Of a DNA stretch of 64,000 nucleotides, positions 50,401-58,240 are shown piece by piece. Position numbers and translations under genes: made by a program. A model generated the notes under the pieces. That model made no database searches. It was not told the origin of the DNA and saw nothing but the letters and a program-made list of their open reading frames with translations. Within the stretch, counting starts at the first letter, position 1. Each line of letters opens with the position of its first letter. The DNA comes from Gemmatimonadales bacterium (lineage in GTDB: Bacteria > Gemmatimonadota > Gemmatimonadetes > Gemmatimonadales > GWC2-71-9). Where the stretch lies: contig JAWOLH010000023.1 of NCBI GenBank assembly GCA_033853695.1, positions 22,215 through 86,214 of the forward strand, read 5' to 3'.

Positions 50401-50822
50401 GCGTTCTTCCCGTCGGCGTCGCAGACCCAGACGTTTTCGGCACCACTGCGATCCGAAAGAAACACGATGTGCTTGCCGTCGGGGGAGTAGCGCGGCTGCG
50501 AGTCGAAGGCCGGGCCCCAGGTGAGCCTCGTCGCCTTGCCGCCGGCGATCGGCAGAGTATAGAGATCGCCGAGCAGCTCGAACACGATGGTCTGCCCATC
50601 CGGGGACAGATCGAGCGACATCCACGTTCCCTCCGACACATCGAACGCCACGGTGCGCGTGGGGACGAGGGGTAGCGAGTCGGTCTTGGGGAGCGAGTCC
50701 TTGGTGGTGTCCCGGGCGGTATCGGCGCGCCACGCCCACACGGCGCCGGGAGGAGTGGGTTCGGGGTGGAGCAGCACGGGTACAACGGCGGCGAGCACCG
50801 TCGCGGTCAGGACACTGCGCAT
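47445..50822 (-). CDS. Secreted TolB/PD40 beta-propeller-amidohydrolase fusion
   Basis: Signal peptide, repeated SPDG motifs, then IIPGLVDVHAH, GVTTVRDP, EHS and GSIEPGKYADLIVL. Confidence 0.92.
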   Translation of the reverse strand: MRSVLTATVLAAVVPVLLHPEPTPPGAVWAWRADTARDTTKDSLPKTDSLPLVPTRTVAFDVSEGTWMSLDLSPDGQTIVFELLGDLYTLPIAGGKATRLTWGPAFDSQPRYSPDGKHIVFLSDRSGAENVWVCDADGKNAKPITKGLTNLYASPEWTPDGNYIVASRTSELGSIYELWLYHKDGGSGTAMIKSGVKGGLFGGQGWNTLGAAFGSDPRYVWFARHRNGFGYDLKYPLWQVAIYDRQTGKTFVQTDLYGSAMRPIPSPDGKWLVYATRYDTETGLRLRNLATGDEKWLAYPVTRDDQESRFTRDLEPGSSWTPDSRALITSYGGKLMRIEVPSGQATQIPFTAHVTERLGPLVRFENHVDTGAVQIRQIRDARLSPDGKRIAFSALDKLYVMDLGGTPHRLTDDTVHEQAPTWSPDGQWVAYVTWTSGLGGSLMKVRADGKSRTRLVADPAFYDSPVWSPDGERIVAVKGPRQARINERFGPGYDLVWVPAAGGTPTRITPYDGVGRPHFARSSDRIYYYADTAGLVSVRWDGTDRRSYIKVNGYTYPSPGAEPDAADEVIISPDTDRVVALQGNNVYLVMLPEVGGETPTVNVSDPNAAAFPVKRLTRIGGDFIGWSADGRMATWSIGASFFRWDLAVGDSLQKLKARTDSIRADSLKKAQADTTRPKPDSAARARVDSLAKLPAYEGLRTDVVIRVPRDVPRGTVVLRGARVITMKGDEVIDKGDVIVTDDRVVWVGPQGGGTVPANARIIDVTGKTIIPGLVDVHAHPWAQFGVHQTQVWKYLANLAWGVTTVRDPQTATTDVLTYADQIETGELIGPRLYHTGPGVFWSENLQSLDDARNTLKRYSEFYHTHWIKQYMVGNRKQRQWVIMAARELGLMPTTEGGLDFKMNLTEMLDGYPGHEHSYPIMPLYQDAIQLTVQSGITYTPTLLVNYGGPFGEDYYFEHYNGHDDPKMRRFVPHEILDERFQRREWFRDDQYVFNRIAASAAAVLRAGGNVGMGCHGEMDGIGCHWELWAMSTGGMTPLEVIRVGTIDGARALGMDKDIGSIEPGKYADLIVLDGDPMQDIHNTNTIHYVMKNGRLYDGPSLDEVWPREKKLPTMWWWGEEPTAAK

Positions 50823-50868
50823 GGCAAGGGCTCCGGGAATGGGAACGACGGCGGGGCTAGAAACTGAA

Positions 50869-50953
50869 GGCGTCGAGAAGAGGCGTCAAGAGAAGGCGTC
50901 GAGAGCAGACGTCCTATTTTCGACGATTCTCCTAGACGCTCTCTCTCGACGCC
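50869..50953. repeat. Palindromic ~13-nt-periodic intergenic repeat, copy 3 (overlaps SURF1 3' end)
   Basis: GGCGTCGAGAAGA-GGCGTCAAGAGAA-GGCGTCGAGAGCA-GACGTC then TTCGACGATTCTCC-TAGACGCTCTCTC-TCGACGCC. Confidence 0.75.
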
Positions 50954-51606
50954 GTTTTCCGTAGCAGCACCATCACGCCGATGACGACAATGGTCGCAAA
51001 GCTGAACCACTGTATCGCATAGGAAAGGTGGGGGCCGCTGTCGAGCGTCGGCGGGCGCCAGCGCTTGAGGCCGGCGGGATGCGGCGCCGCGGTGTCGTCC
51101 AGCTGGAGCACGATGTCCAACACCGTGTACGGCAGTGAGTCCTTGAGCGCCGCGGGATTCACGTCGCCGCGATCGCGCGGCGCCGGCAAGGCGAGCCCAG
51201 TCACCTCCGCGGAGTCGCCCTCGCGGTAGCGGTCGGCATCCACATGCATCGCGTCCGGCGACGGCACCCAGCCGCGATCCACGAAAACCGCCGAGCCGTC
51301 GCTCAAGCGCAGCGGAGTGAGCAGTGCGACTCCGGGTGCTCCGTCGAACGTGCGGCCGGCCCACACCCGCTGGTGGGCGTAGTCGTAGCTGCCCCGCGCG
51401 CGCGCCCGGCGGTCTCGCAACGCTTCCGCCGCGAAGCGATGCTGCGGGAGCTCGACCGGCGGCTCCGCCCGGGCAGCCCGGATCGCCGCATTCTGATCCT
51501 TGCGCTCCGCCAGCCGGTGCAGCTGCCACACTCCGAGCCGGATGAACACCGCGGCGATCGCCAGCGCGACGATCGCGCCCGCCAGGTCGCGGCGTCGCAG
51601 ACTCAC
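50932..51606 (-). CDS. SURF1 family cytochrome oxidase biogenesis protein
   Basis: LGVWQLHR, LLTPL, VDRGWVP and HLSYAIQWFSFA. Confidence 0.92.
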   Translation of the reverse strand: MSLRRRDLAGAIVALAIAAVFIRLGVWQLHRLAERKDQNAAIRAARAEPPVELPQHRFAAEALRDRRARARGSYDYAHQRVWAGRTFDGAPGVALLTPLRLSDGSAVFVDRGWVPSPDAMHVDADRYREGDSAEVTGLALPAPRDRGDVNPAALKDSLPYTVLDIVLQLDDTAAPHPAGLKRWRPPTLDSGPHLSYAIQWFSFATIVVIGVMVLLRKTASRESV

Positions 51607-51854
51607 CGCTCACCCCGCCGCGTCAGCGCCAGCTTCGCAACCCGCGGCAACCGCTTGATCGCCGCTTCCCGCGATTGCGCCGCGCCGCGACTCGCCCGTC
51701 GCTCCGTGTACACGAGGTGCACCGGGAGCCGGCTGCGCGTGTATGCGCCGCCTTTCCCCGCCCGATGCGTGGCGATCCGGCGATCGAGGTCGTTCGTGAC
51801 ACCCGTATACAGCGATCCATCGCGGCACCGCAGCATGTACACGATCCAATTCAT
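51603..51854 (-). CDS. GIY-YIG nuclease family protein (YhbQ/UPF0213)
   Basis: VYMLRCRDGSLYTGVTNDLDRRIATH..GKGGAYTRSRLPV..E..IK. Confidence 0.9.
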   Translation of the reverse strand: MNWIVYMLRCRDGSLYTGVTNDLDRRIATHRAGKGGAYTRSRLPVHLVYTERRASRGAAQSREAAIKRLPRVAKLALTRRGER

Positions 51855-51951
51855 TCGGTTCAGTCTCATGCCCGGAGACACAGGAACAGTTCCCAGACGG
51901 CAATGTTGCCCAGTGGCTCCAAGAGTCAAGACCAGCAGGCCTCGTGTTTCT

Positions 51952-53247
51952 TCAGACCTGTTCCAGGGCCTGTCGGAGATCTGCAATCGTATCGTCCGGG
52001 TGCTCAATCCCCACCGACAAGCGGATCATCCGATCGCTGATGCCGGCGGCCCGTTTGGCCTCGGGGCTGACGTCGGCGTGTGTCATCGAATAGGGATGCT
52101 CGGCGAGCGACTCCGTGCCCCCCAGACTCACCGCCAGCTTGACGAGCTTCAAGGCGTTGAGGAAGCGGAACGCCTCGGGCTCGCCGCCCTTCACATCGAA
52201 CGAAACCATGGCGCCGGGACCGGAGCACTGGCGCCGGTACACGGCATACTGCGGGTCGCCGTCCCGCAGGTGCCCGAGATAGTAGACCCGCTCGATCTTC
52301 TCGTGCCCCGCCAGGAAATCGGCGACATAGCGGGCATTCTTCATCGCCGAAGTCATGCGCAGTTTGAGTGTTTCGAGGCTGCGCATCAAGAGCCAGCCGG
52401 TCCAGGGGTCGGCGAGGGTGCCGAAGAAGGTGCGCAGTGCCCGCACCGGCGCGAGCACCGCCCGGGCGCCGAGCGCCGCGCCGGCCAGCAGGTCCGAGTG
52501 TCCCCCGATGTACTTCGTGGCTGAATAGAGGACGATGTCCGCACCGTGGCGGAGTGGCTGCTGCCACAACGGCCCGAGGAAGGTGTTGTCGACGAGCACA
52601 AGAGGCCGCCGCCCCCCGGCGCCCCGTCGCTCGGCGAACTCGGCGCAGGCGGCGAGATCGACCAGCGCGTTCGTCGGATTCGCCGGCGTCTCGACGAGCA
52701 GCACGGAGACGGGATCGGTCGCGGCGATGCCGGCCGCGCCCAACGTCGCCGTGAGGTCATCGACGCCCGCACAGGCGTCGGCCCGAAACGGCACCGGGCG
52801 CACCCCGAACACCGGGAGCACGTGCTTCAGCAGGTGGTCGGTGCCGCCGTACAGCGGTGTACTGTACAGTACGACGTCGCCGGGATGGACTAGCGCCATG
52901 AGCGTCGTGGCGATCGCCGCCATCCCGGTGTTGAACACGGCGCACGCTTCGGCGCCGTCCCACAACGCCAGCCGCTCTTCCAGGATCTCGAGATCGGGAT
53001 TGTTGATCCGGCTGTAGATGAGGCCGGCGGATTCCGTCTCGCCCTTTTGCCGCAGGCCATAGGCGATCTCGAAGAACGCCTTCCCCTCCTCTGCCGTCTT
53101 GAAGACGAAGGTCGACGTCTGAAAGATCGGAGCCTTGAGCGCACCCTCGGACAGCTCCGGTTTGTACGCGTACGTCATCATCAGGCTTTCCGGGTGCGCC
53201 ACTTGCTTCAGACGCAACGAGGCTTCGGACAGGCGTTTTCGTCGCAT
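51952..53247 (-). CDS. Cystathionine gamma-synthase / methionine gamma-lyase family PLP enzyme
   Basis: PIFQTSTF, YSRINNP, GMAAI, YGGT, ETPANP, VDNTF, SATKYIGGHSD and AVSLGGTESL. Confidence 0.93.
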   Translation of the reverse strand: MRRKRLSEASLRLKQVAHPESLMMTYAYKPELSEGALKAPIFQTSTFVFKTAEEGKAFFEIAYGLRQKGETESAGLIYSRINNPDLEILEERLALWDGAEACAVFNTGMAAIATTLMALVHPGDVVLYSTPLYGGTDHLLKHVLPVFGVRPVPFRADACAGVDDLTATLGAAGIAATDPVSVLLVETPANPTNALVDLAACAEFAERRGAGGRRPLVLVDNTFLGPLWQQPLRHGADIVLYSATKYIGGHSDLLAGAALGARAVLAPVRALRTFFGTLADPWTGWLLMRSLETLKLRMTSAMKNARYVADFLAGHEKIERVYYLGHLRDGDPQYAVYRRQCSGPGAMVSFDVKGGEPEAFRFLNALKLVKLAVSLGGTESLAEHPYSMTHADVSPEAKRAAGISDRMIRLSVGIEHPDDTIADLRQALEQV

Positions 53248-53250
53248 GGA

Positions 53251-53679
53251 TTACTCGAGCGTCGCCTGGAGTGTGATCGCCAGATTGCCCTGCAGCGCTC
53301 TGGACACCGGACACGCCTGTTTCGCCGCCTGCGCGGCCTTTTGAAACGCCGCGTTGTCGGTCCCCGCGACCTTCCCTTTCACCGTCAGCGCCATCGTCGT
53401 AATCGTCGGCGCCCCGTCCACCGTCTCGATCGTACAGGCGGCATCGACGCTGACGCGCGTGGCGGGCGTTCCCGCCTTCTCCAGCCCGGCCGACAGGGCC
53501 ATCGCCAGACACGCGGCATGGGCGGCCGCGATCAACTCCTCCGGTGTAGCCCCCTTCGCACCCTCGAATCGCGTCTGAAACGAGTAAGGAGCCTGAAACG
53601 CCTGGCTCCCCGCCTTGAAAGTCCCGCGGCCGTCCTTGAGCTTTCCTTCCCAGACCGCGGACGCCCGGCTCGTTGTCAT
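53251..53679 (-). CDS. osmC: OsmC family peroxiredoxin
   Basis: WEGKLKDGRG, YSFQTRFE, PEELIAAAHAAC and CPVSRAL. Confidence 0.93.
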   Translation of the reverse strand: MTTSRASAVWEGKLKDGRGTFKAGSQAFQAPYSFQTRFEGAKGATPEELIAAAHAACLAMALSAGLEKAGTPATRVSVDAACTIETVDGAPTITTMALTVKGKVAGTDNAAFQKAAQAAKQACPVSRALQGNLAITLQATLE

Positions 53680-53777
53680 GACCCGTCTCCGTTTGGTATG
53701 TGGCCGGAATCTGGCGGGGCGTGAGCGGCCGCGCTACGCTTTCAACCAACACCCGTGTCGCAAGGAGCACTCGAGGA

Positions 53778-54239
53778 ATGGCCACCAAACGTGGAGCGGG
53801 GCAATCCGCTCCCCGCTCGACCCCCCGCCGGCGCCCCAAGCGCAAGACCCCGGAGACCTTTCGCGCGCGCGTGCTGACGCCTGCGCTGACCGTCAATGAC
53901 CTGAAACAGAGTCTCGCCTGGTACGAGACGGTCCTCGGCTTCACCGTGGAAGACCGCTGGGAAGAGGACGGCGCGCTGCGTGGCGTCGCGTTGAAAGCCG
54001 GCGCCACCCGTCTCATGCTCAACCAGGACGACTGGGCCCGGGGCCGCGAGCGGCTGAAGGGCGAGGGGTTCCGGCTGTGGTTCGACACCGCGCAGAACCT
54101 CGACGACCTGGCCGCGGAAATCACCTCCCGCGGTGGACGGCTCGATTACGAGCCGCGCGTCATGCCGTGGGGCGACCGGGCCTTCGCACTCACCGATCCG
54201 GACGGCTATCGCCTGACGATCGCGCAACTCGCTCGCTGA
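53778..54239 (+). CDS. VOC/glyoxalase family protein
   Basis: LTVNDLKQSLAWYETVLGF and MPWGDRAFALTDPDGY. Confidence 0.88.
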   Translation: MATKRGAGQSAPRSTPRRRPKRKTPETFRARVLTPALTVNDLKQSLAWYETVLGFTVEDRWEEDGALRGVALKAGATRLMLNQDDWARGRERLKGEGFRLWFDTAQNLDDLAAEITSRGGRLDYEPRVMPWGDRAFALTDPDGYRLTIAQLAR

Positions 54240-56177
54240 GTGGACAACGCGGCGGTTATCCGGGCGCTCGCGGACACGTTCGTCTCCGGGGGCGACGCCG
54301 TCCGTCTTGCCGAGCACCTGACCGAAACGATCGCCTCCCTGCCACGCCGATCCGACCGGGAGGATATCGCGCGGCTCCTCCACCTGCTCGAAAGCCGGAC
54401 GATGAATCTCGTGCTCGCGGGCTCGGCCCTGCCGTTCAGCGCGATGTCCCTGGCACAGCGGGAGCGCTACCTCGGTGCCTGGGCGACGAGTCGCATCCCG
54501 CTGCGGCGCAAGGGCTTCCAGGCCCTGAAGCGCATGACGACGGTGCTGTACTACACCTCGCGGCCACCCTCTGGCGCGAACAATCCGAGCTGGGCCAGAC
54601 TCGGCTACCCAGGCCCGCTGGCCCCCCCTCCCGCGACCTCGAAGGGCATCACCCCGCACACGATCTCGAACGACGAAACGTTGGCGTGCGACGTCGTCGT
54701 GGTCGGCTCGGGAGCGGGAGGCGGGGTCGTCGCCGGCGAGCTGGCCGCGCGCGGGCTGGATGTCGTCGTGCTCGAGAAGGGTGGGTACTACAACGAGGCC
54801 GACTTCTCGCACTACGAGGGGGAGACCCTGTCGCGCCTCTACGACGGTGGCGGCCTCCTCACCTCGGACGATCTCGGATTCGTCATTCTTCAGGGAAGCT
54901 GCCTGGGCGGCGGCACCGTCGTGAATTACACCACGAGTTTTCGAACGCCGGACGGCGTGCGGGAAGAGTGGGCTCGCGAACACGGACTGCCTCACTTCAC
55001 CTCGTTCGAATACACCCGGTCGCTCGACGCCGTCTCCCAGCGTATCGGGGTCACCGCTGATCAACACCGGCCCAGTGGACGCGACACGGCGATGCTGCGC
55101 GGCCTGGATGCGCTGGGCTGGCACCATGAGCCGCTGCCCCGGGACGTCCGTGGCTGTTCGGAAGGCGACGATTGTGGCTATTGCGGCTACGGCTGCCGCC
55201 GAGGTGCGAAGCAATCGACGCTCATCACCTACCTTCAGGACGCGCACGACCGGGGCGCCCGACTGATCGTCAACGCGACCGTGCGGCGTGTCAGCCTTGA
55301 GACCGGGCGGGCGGTGGGAGTCGAGGCGGTCGTGCGCTATCCGCAGGGACCCAGGCCGTTCAGCATCGCGGTGCGCGCCCGCGCTGTCGTTGTGGCGGGT
55401 GGCTCGGTGCACTCGCCAGCCCTGTTGCTGCGGTCGGGCGTCACGCTCCCCGCGCTTGGCCGCAACCTGGCGCTGCATCCCGGCGGCGCCGTCTTCGGGC
55501 TCATGCCGGAAGCGATCCGCCCGTGGACGGGCACGGTGCAGGCGCACTATTCCGACCAGTTCGCCGACCTCGACCGGGGGTACGGATTCAAATTCGAGAC
55601 GATTCCGGTACACCCTTCGCTATTCGCCCTCGCCGTGCCGTGGGAATCGCGACAACAGCACGTCGACGCGATGGCGGAGCTCGCCCACACGGCGCTCGTC
55701 GCGGTCCTGGTGCGCGACCGGGAGGGCGGTCGGGTCACGGTCGACGAAGACGGGCAGCCGGTGGTCTCGTATCGATTGTCGCCTTACGACGCGGCACATC
55801 TGCGGCGCGGGCTCAGCGAGGCGGCGCGGGTGCTCGAAGCCGCCGGCGCGCGCGCCATTTGGACTCCGCACGCGCAGACGATCGGCTACCGCCCCGATGG
55901 CTCCCCGGCTCCGCGCGACGCCTGGATCGCGGCGCTGGACCGCAGCGGCTATGGACCGAACCAGATTCAGCTCGCCACCTTCCATCAGATGGCGTCCTGC
56001 CGCATGGGCTCGAGCGCGCGCACATCGGTCGTCAACGCCGACCACCAGGTGTGGGGCGTGCCGGGACTTTACGTCGCCGATGCCAGCACCTTCCCGACGT
56101 CGTCGGGCGTGAACCCGATGCTGACGATCATGGCGATGGCTCATCGAGCCGCGGGAGTGATTGCCTCAACCCTGTAA
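54240..56177 (+). CDS. GMC oxidoreductase (long-chain fatty alcohol oxidase-like)
   Basis: VVGSGAGGG, LEKGG, LGGGTVVN, C..CGYC.YGC, HQMASCRMG and DASTFPTSSGVNP. Confidence 0.92.
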   Translation: MDNAAVIRALADTFVSGGDAVRLAEHLTETIASLPRRSDREDIARLLHLLESRTMNLVLAGSALPFSAMSLAQRERYLGAWATSRIPLRRKGFQALKRMTTVLYYTSRPPSGANNPSWARLGYPGPLAPPPATSKGITPHTISNDETLACDVVVVGSGAGGGVVAGELAARGLDVVVLEKGGYYNEADFSHYEGETLSRLYDGGGLLTSDDLGFVILQGSCLGGGTVVNYTTSFRTPDGVREEWAREHGLPHFTSFEYTRSLDAVSQRIGVTADQHRPSGRDTAMLRGLDALGWHHEPLPRDVRGCSEGDDCGYCGYGCRRGAKQSTLITYLQDAHDRGARLIVNATVRRVSLETGRAVGVEAVVRYPQGPRPFSIAVRARAVVVAGGSVHSPALLLRSGVTLPALGRNLALHPGGAVFGLMPEAIRPWTGTVQAHYSDQFADLDRGYGFKFETIPVHPSLFALAVPWESRQQHVDAMAELAHTALVAVLVRDREGGRVTVDEDGQPVVSYRLSPYDAAHLRRGLSEAARVLEAAGARAIWTPHAQTIGYRPDGSPAPRDAWIAALDRSGYGPNQIQLATFHQMASCRMGSSARTSVVNADHQVWGVPGLYVADASTFPTSSGVNPMLTIMAMAHRAAGVIASTL

Positions 56178-56205
56178 TCGGCCATCGGTCATCGGTCATC
56201 GGTAA
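56175..56205. repeat. Short heptamer tandem repeat (ATCGGTC)
   Basis: TAATCGGCCATCGGTCATCGGTCATCGGTAA just after the GMC stop codon. Confidence 0.55.
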
Positions 56206-56266
56206 GGTCGTCCCTGCGCGCAATACTGAACACCGGAGACCGACAACGCCTCACCAGGAGCACCGC

Positions 56267-58144
56267 ATGCTCATTCTGCTCACCGTCACTTCGTTGGCGT
56301 TCCAGCAGTCCGTCGCCGACACGTCCCCGTTCCGCGCGCTTCCGCTTCCTGCCGCCAATCGCGTGCGCTCGAGCTCGGGGGCGCCCGGGCCGGACTACTG
56401 GCAACAGGAAGCGAGCTACACGATCCGCGCGACCCTGGATACCGGGCCGAGTGTGATCACGGGCACGGAGACGATTCACTACGTGAATCACTCTCCTGAC
56501 GTGCTCGGGTTCGTCTGGATCCAGATCGAGCAGAACATCTTCGCCAAGAACAGCGTCACCTATCAGCTCAACCAGCCGCCGCTGCATTTCGCGGGGGGGG
56601 CGGTTTTCGATTTCACCGGCAAGGGCTTCATCGGCGGGATCACGATCGATCACTTCATGATCGGACCGAAAGAGCTGGCGCGTACCGAGTACGGGACCAT
56701 GATGCGCGTCGATCTCCCGGCGCCGCTCGCGCCCCGCGGCATGGTCGATTTCCACGTCGCCTGGCACTTCCCGGTGCCGCCGTATGGCGGCGGCCGCATG
56801 GGCCGCGTCGGCAACCGCCTGTACGAGATCGGCCAATGGTATCCGCGTCTCGTCGTCTACGACGACGTGAACGGGTGGAACCCCCTGCCCTACATCGGCG
56901 CGGGCGAGTTCTACCTCGAGTACGGCAACTACGATGTCACCCTCACGCTGCCGGCGGGCTATCTCGTCGCCGCGACGGGGACCGTCCAGAACCCCCTCGC
57001 CGTCTGGTCGCCGGCGATGCGCCGGCGTCTGGTGCAGGCGAAGACGGCGAGCGAGCGCGTACAGATCGTCACCAAGGACGAAGCGGCGGCCAACGGTGCC
57101 CGCGCAACAGCGGGCACGAAGGTCTGGCACTTCGCGGCGTCCACCGTGCGCGACTTCGCTTGGGCCGCGTCGCCCGATTTCCGCTGGGACGCCAGCACCT
57201 GGAACGGGATCCAGATCAACACGTTCTACCGGCCCACGGCGGCGCCGTGGGAAGAAGCGAACCGCATGGCGCGGTTTACGATTCAGCATTTCAGCGAGAC
57301 CTGGGGCATGTATCCCTGGCCCCACGCCACCACCGTCGAAGGGTTGATCGAGGGGATGGAGTACCCGATGCTCACCTTCGTCCCGTCGATCGAGAAGCGC
57401 GAGGACCAATTCTGGGTGCTGATGCACGAGTTCGGGCATCAGTGGTTCCCGATGACCGTCGGCTCTGATGAGCGGCGCTATCCCTGGATGGACGAAGGGT
57501 TCAACACGTTCATCGATTACGGGGCGGCGGAGGGCTACTTCAAAGGCACCGCGTACGGCGACACCGTGCGGCGCGAGCTGCTGACCGACTTTCAGGTGTC
57601 GGCCAAGCCGGGTGAGGAACAGCCACTCATCACCAAACCCGTCGAGCAGCGCGACCTCGGCTGGGGCGCCTACCAGAAGCCGGCACTGATGCTCACCGTG
57701 CTGCGCGACCAGGTATTGGGACGTGAGACGTTCGAGCGCGCGATGCGCGAGTACGTGCGCCGTTGGCGCTTCAAGCATCCGCAGCCGGCGGACTTCTTCC
57801 GCACCATCGCGAACGTGAGCGGCCACGATCTCGACTGGTTCTGGCGCGAGTGGATCTACACCACGGCCCGGCTCGACCAGGCGGTCGATTCGGTCCGCGC
57901 GGTGGGAACCGATTCGACCTATGTCTTCCTCGCCAACCGGGGCCAGATGGTGCTGCCCGTGACGCTCGAACTGCGCTACGGGGACGGGTCGACCGAGACT
58001 CGCACGCTGCCCATCGAGATGTGGAACCTGGGTGACCGCTTCACCGCCCGGCTCGCGACGGCGAAGCCGGTGGTGGGTGTCGTCATCGATCCGGCGGCGG
58101 TGTTGCCGGATGTGAATCGGGGGAACAACAGCTGGAACAAATAA
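56267..58144 (+). CDS. M1 family metallopeptidase (secreted)
   Basis: GAPGPDYWQQ, GMEYP, HEFGHQWFP..WMDEGFNT and YQKPA; AGGAG RBS upstream of ATG 56267. Confidence 0.93.
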   Translation: MLILLTVTSLAFQQSVADTSPFRALPLPAANRVRSSSGAPGPDYWQQEASYTIRATLDTGPSVITGTETIHYVNHSPDVLGFVWIQIEQNIFAKNSVTYQLNQPPLHFAGGAVFDFTGKGFIGGITIDHFMIGPKELARTEYGTMMRVDLPAPLAPRGMVDFHVAWHFPVPPYGGGRMGRVGNRLYEIGQWYPRLVVYDDVNGWNPLPYIGAGEFYLEYGNYDVTLTLPAGYLVAATGTVQNPLAVWSPAMRRRLVQAKTASERVQIVTKDEAAANGARATAGTKVWHFAASTVRDFAWAASPDFRWDASTWNGIQINTFYRPTAAPWEEANRMARFTIQHFSETWGMYPWPHATTVEGLIEGMEYPMLTFVPSIEKREDQFWVLMHEFGHQWFPMTVGSDERRYPWMDEGFNTFIDYGAAEGYFKGTAYGDTVRRELLTDFQVSAKPGEEQPLITKPVEQRDLGWGAYQKPALMLTVLRDQVLGRETFERAMREYVRRWRFKHPQPADFFRTIANVSGHDLDWFWREWIYTTARLDQAVDSVRAVGTDSTYVFLANRGQMVLPVTLELRYGDGSTETRTLPIEMWNLGDRFTARLATAKPVVGVVIDPAAVLPDVNRGNNSWNK

Positions 58145-58149
58145 TCGAC

Positions 58150-58240
58150 ATTCGTCAGGGAAGGCGTCGCGAAGAGCCGTCAGGAGAATACGTGGTCTCT
58201 CGACGCCGGCTCTTGACGCTTCGTCTCGACGATTCTCTCA
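58150..58240. repeat. Palindromic ~13-nt-periodic intergenic repeat, copy 4
   Basis: CGTCAGGGAAGG-CGTCGCGAAGAGC-CGTCAGGAGAATA-CGTG then CTCTCGACGCCGG-CTCTTGACGCTTC-GTCTCGACGATTC. Confidence 0.7.

Noticed and set aside
50869-50953. Periodic repeats as a CRISPR array
   Set aside because: Units are about 13 nt, degenerate and inverted, with no unique 30-40 nt spacers and no cas genes.
51603-51854. GIY-YIG gene as a homing endonuclease or mobile element
   Set aside because: Short stand-alone YhbQ-type protein with no intron, intein or flanking repeats.
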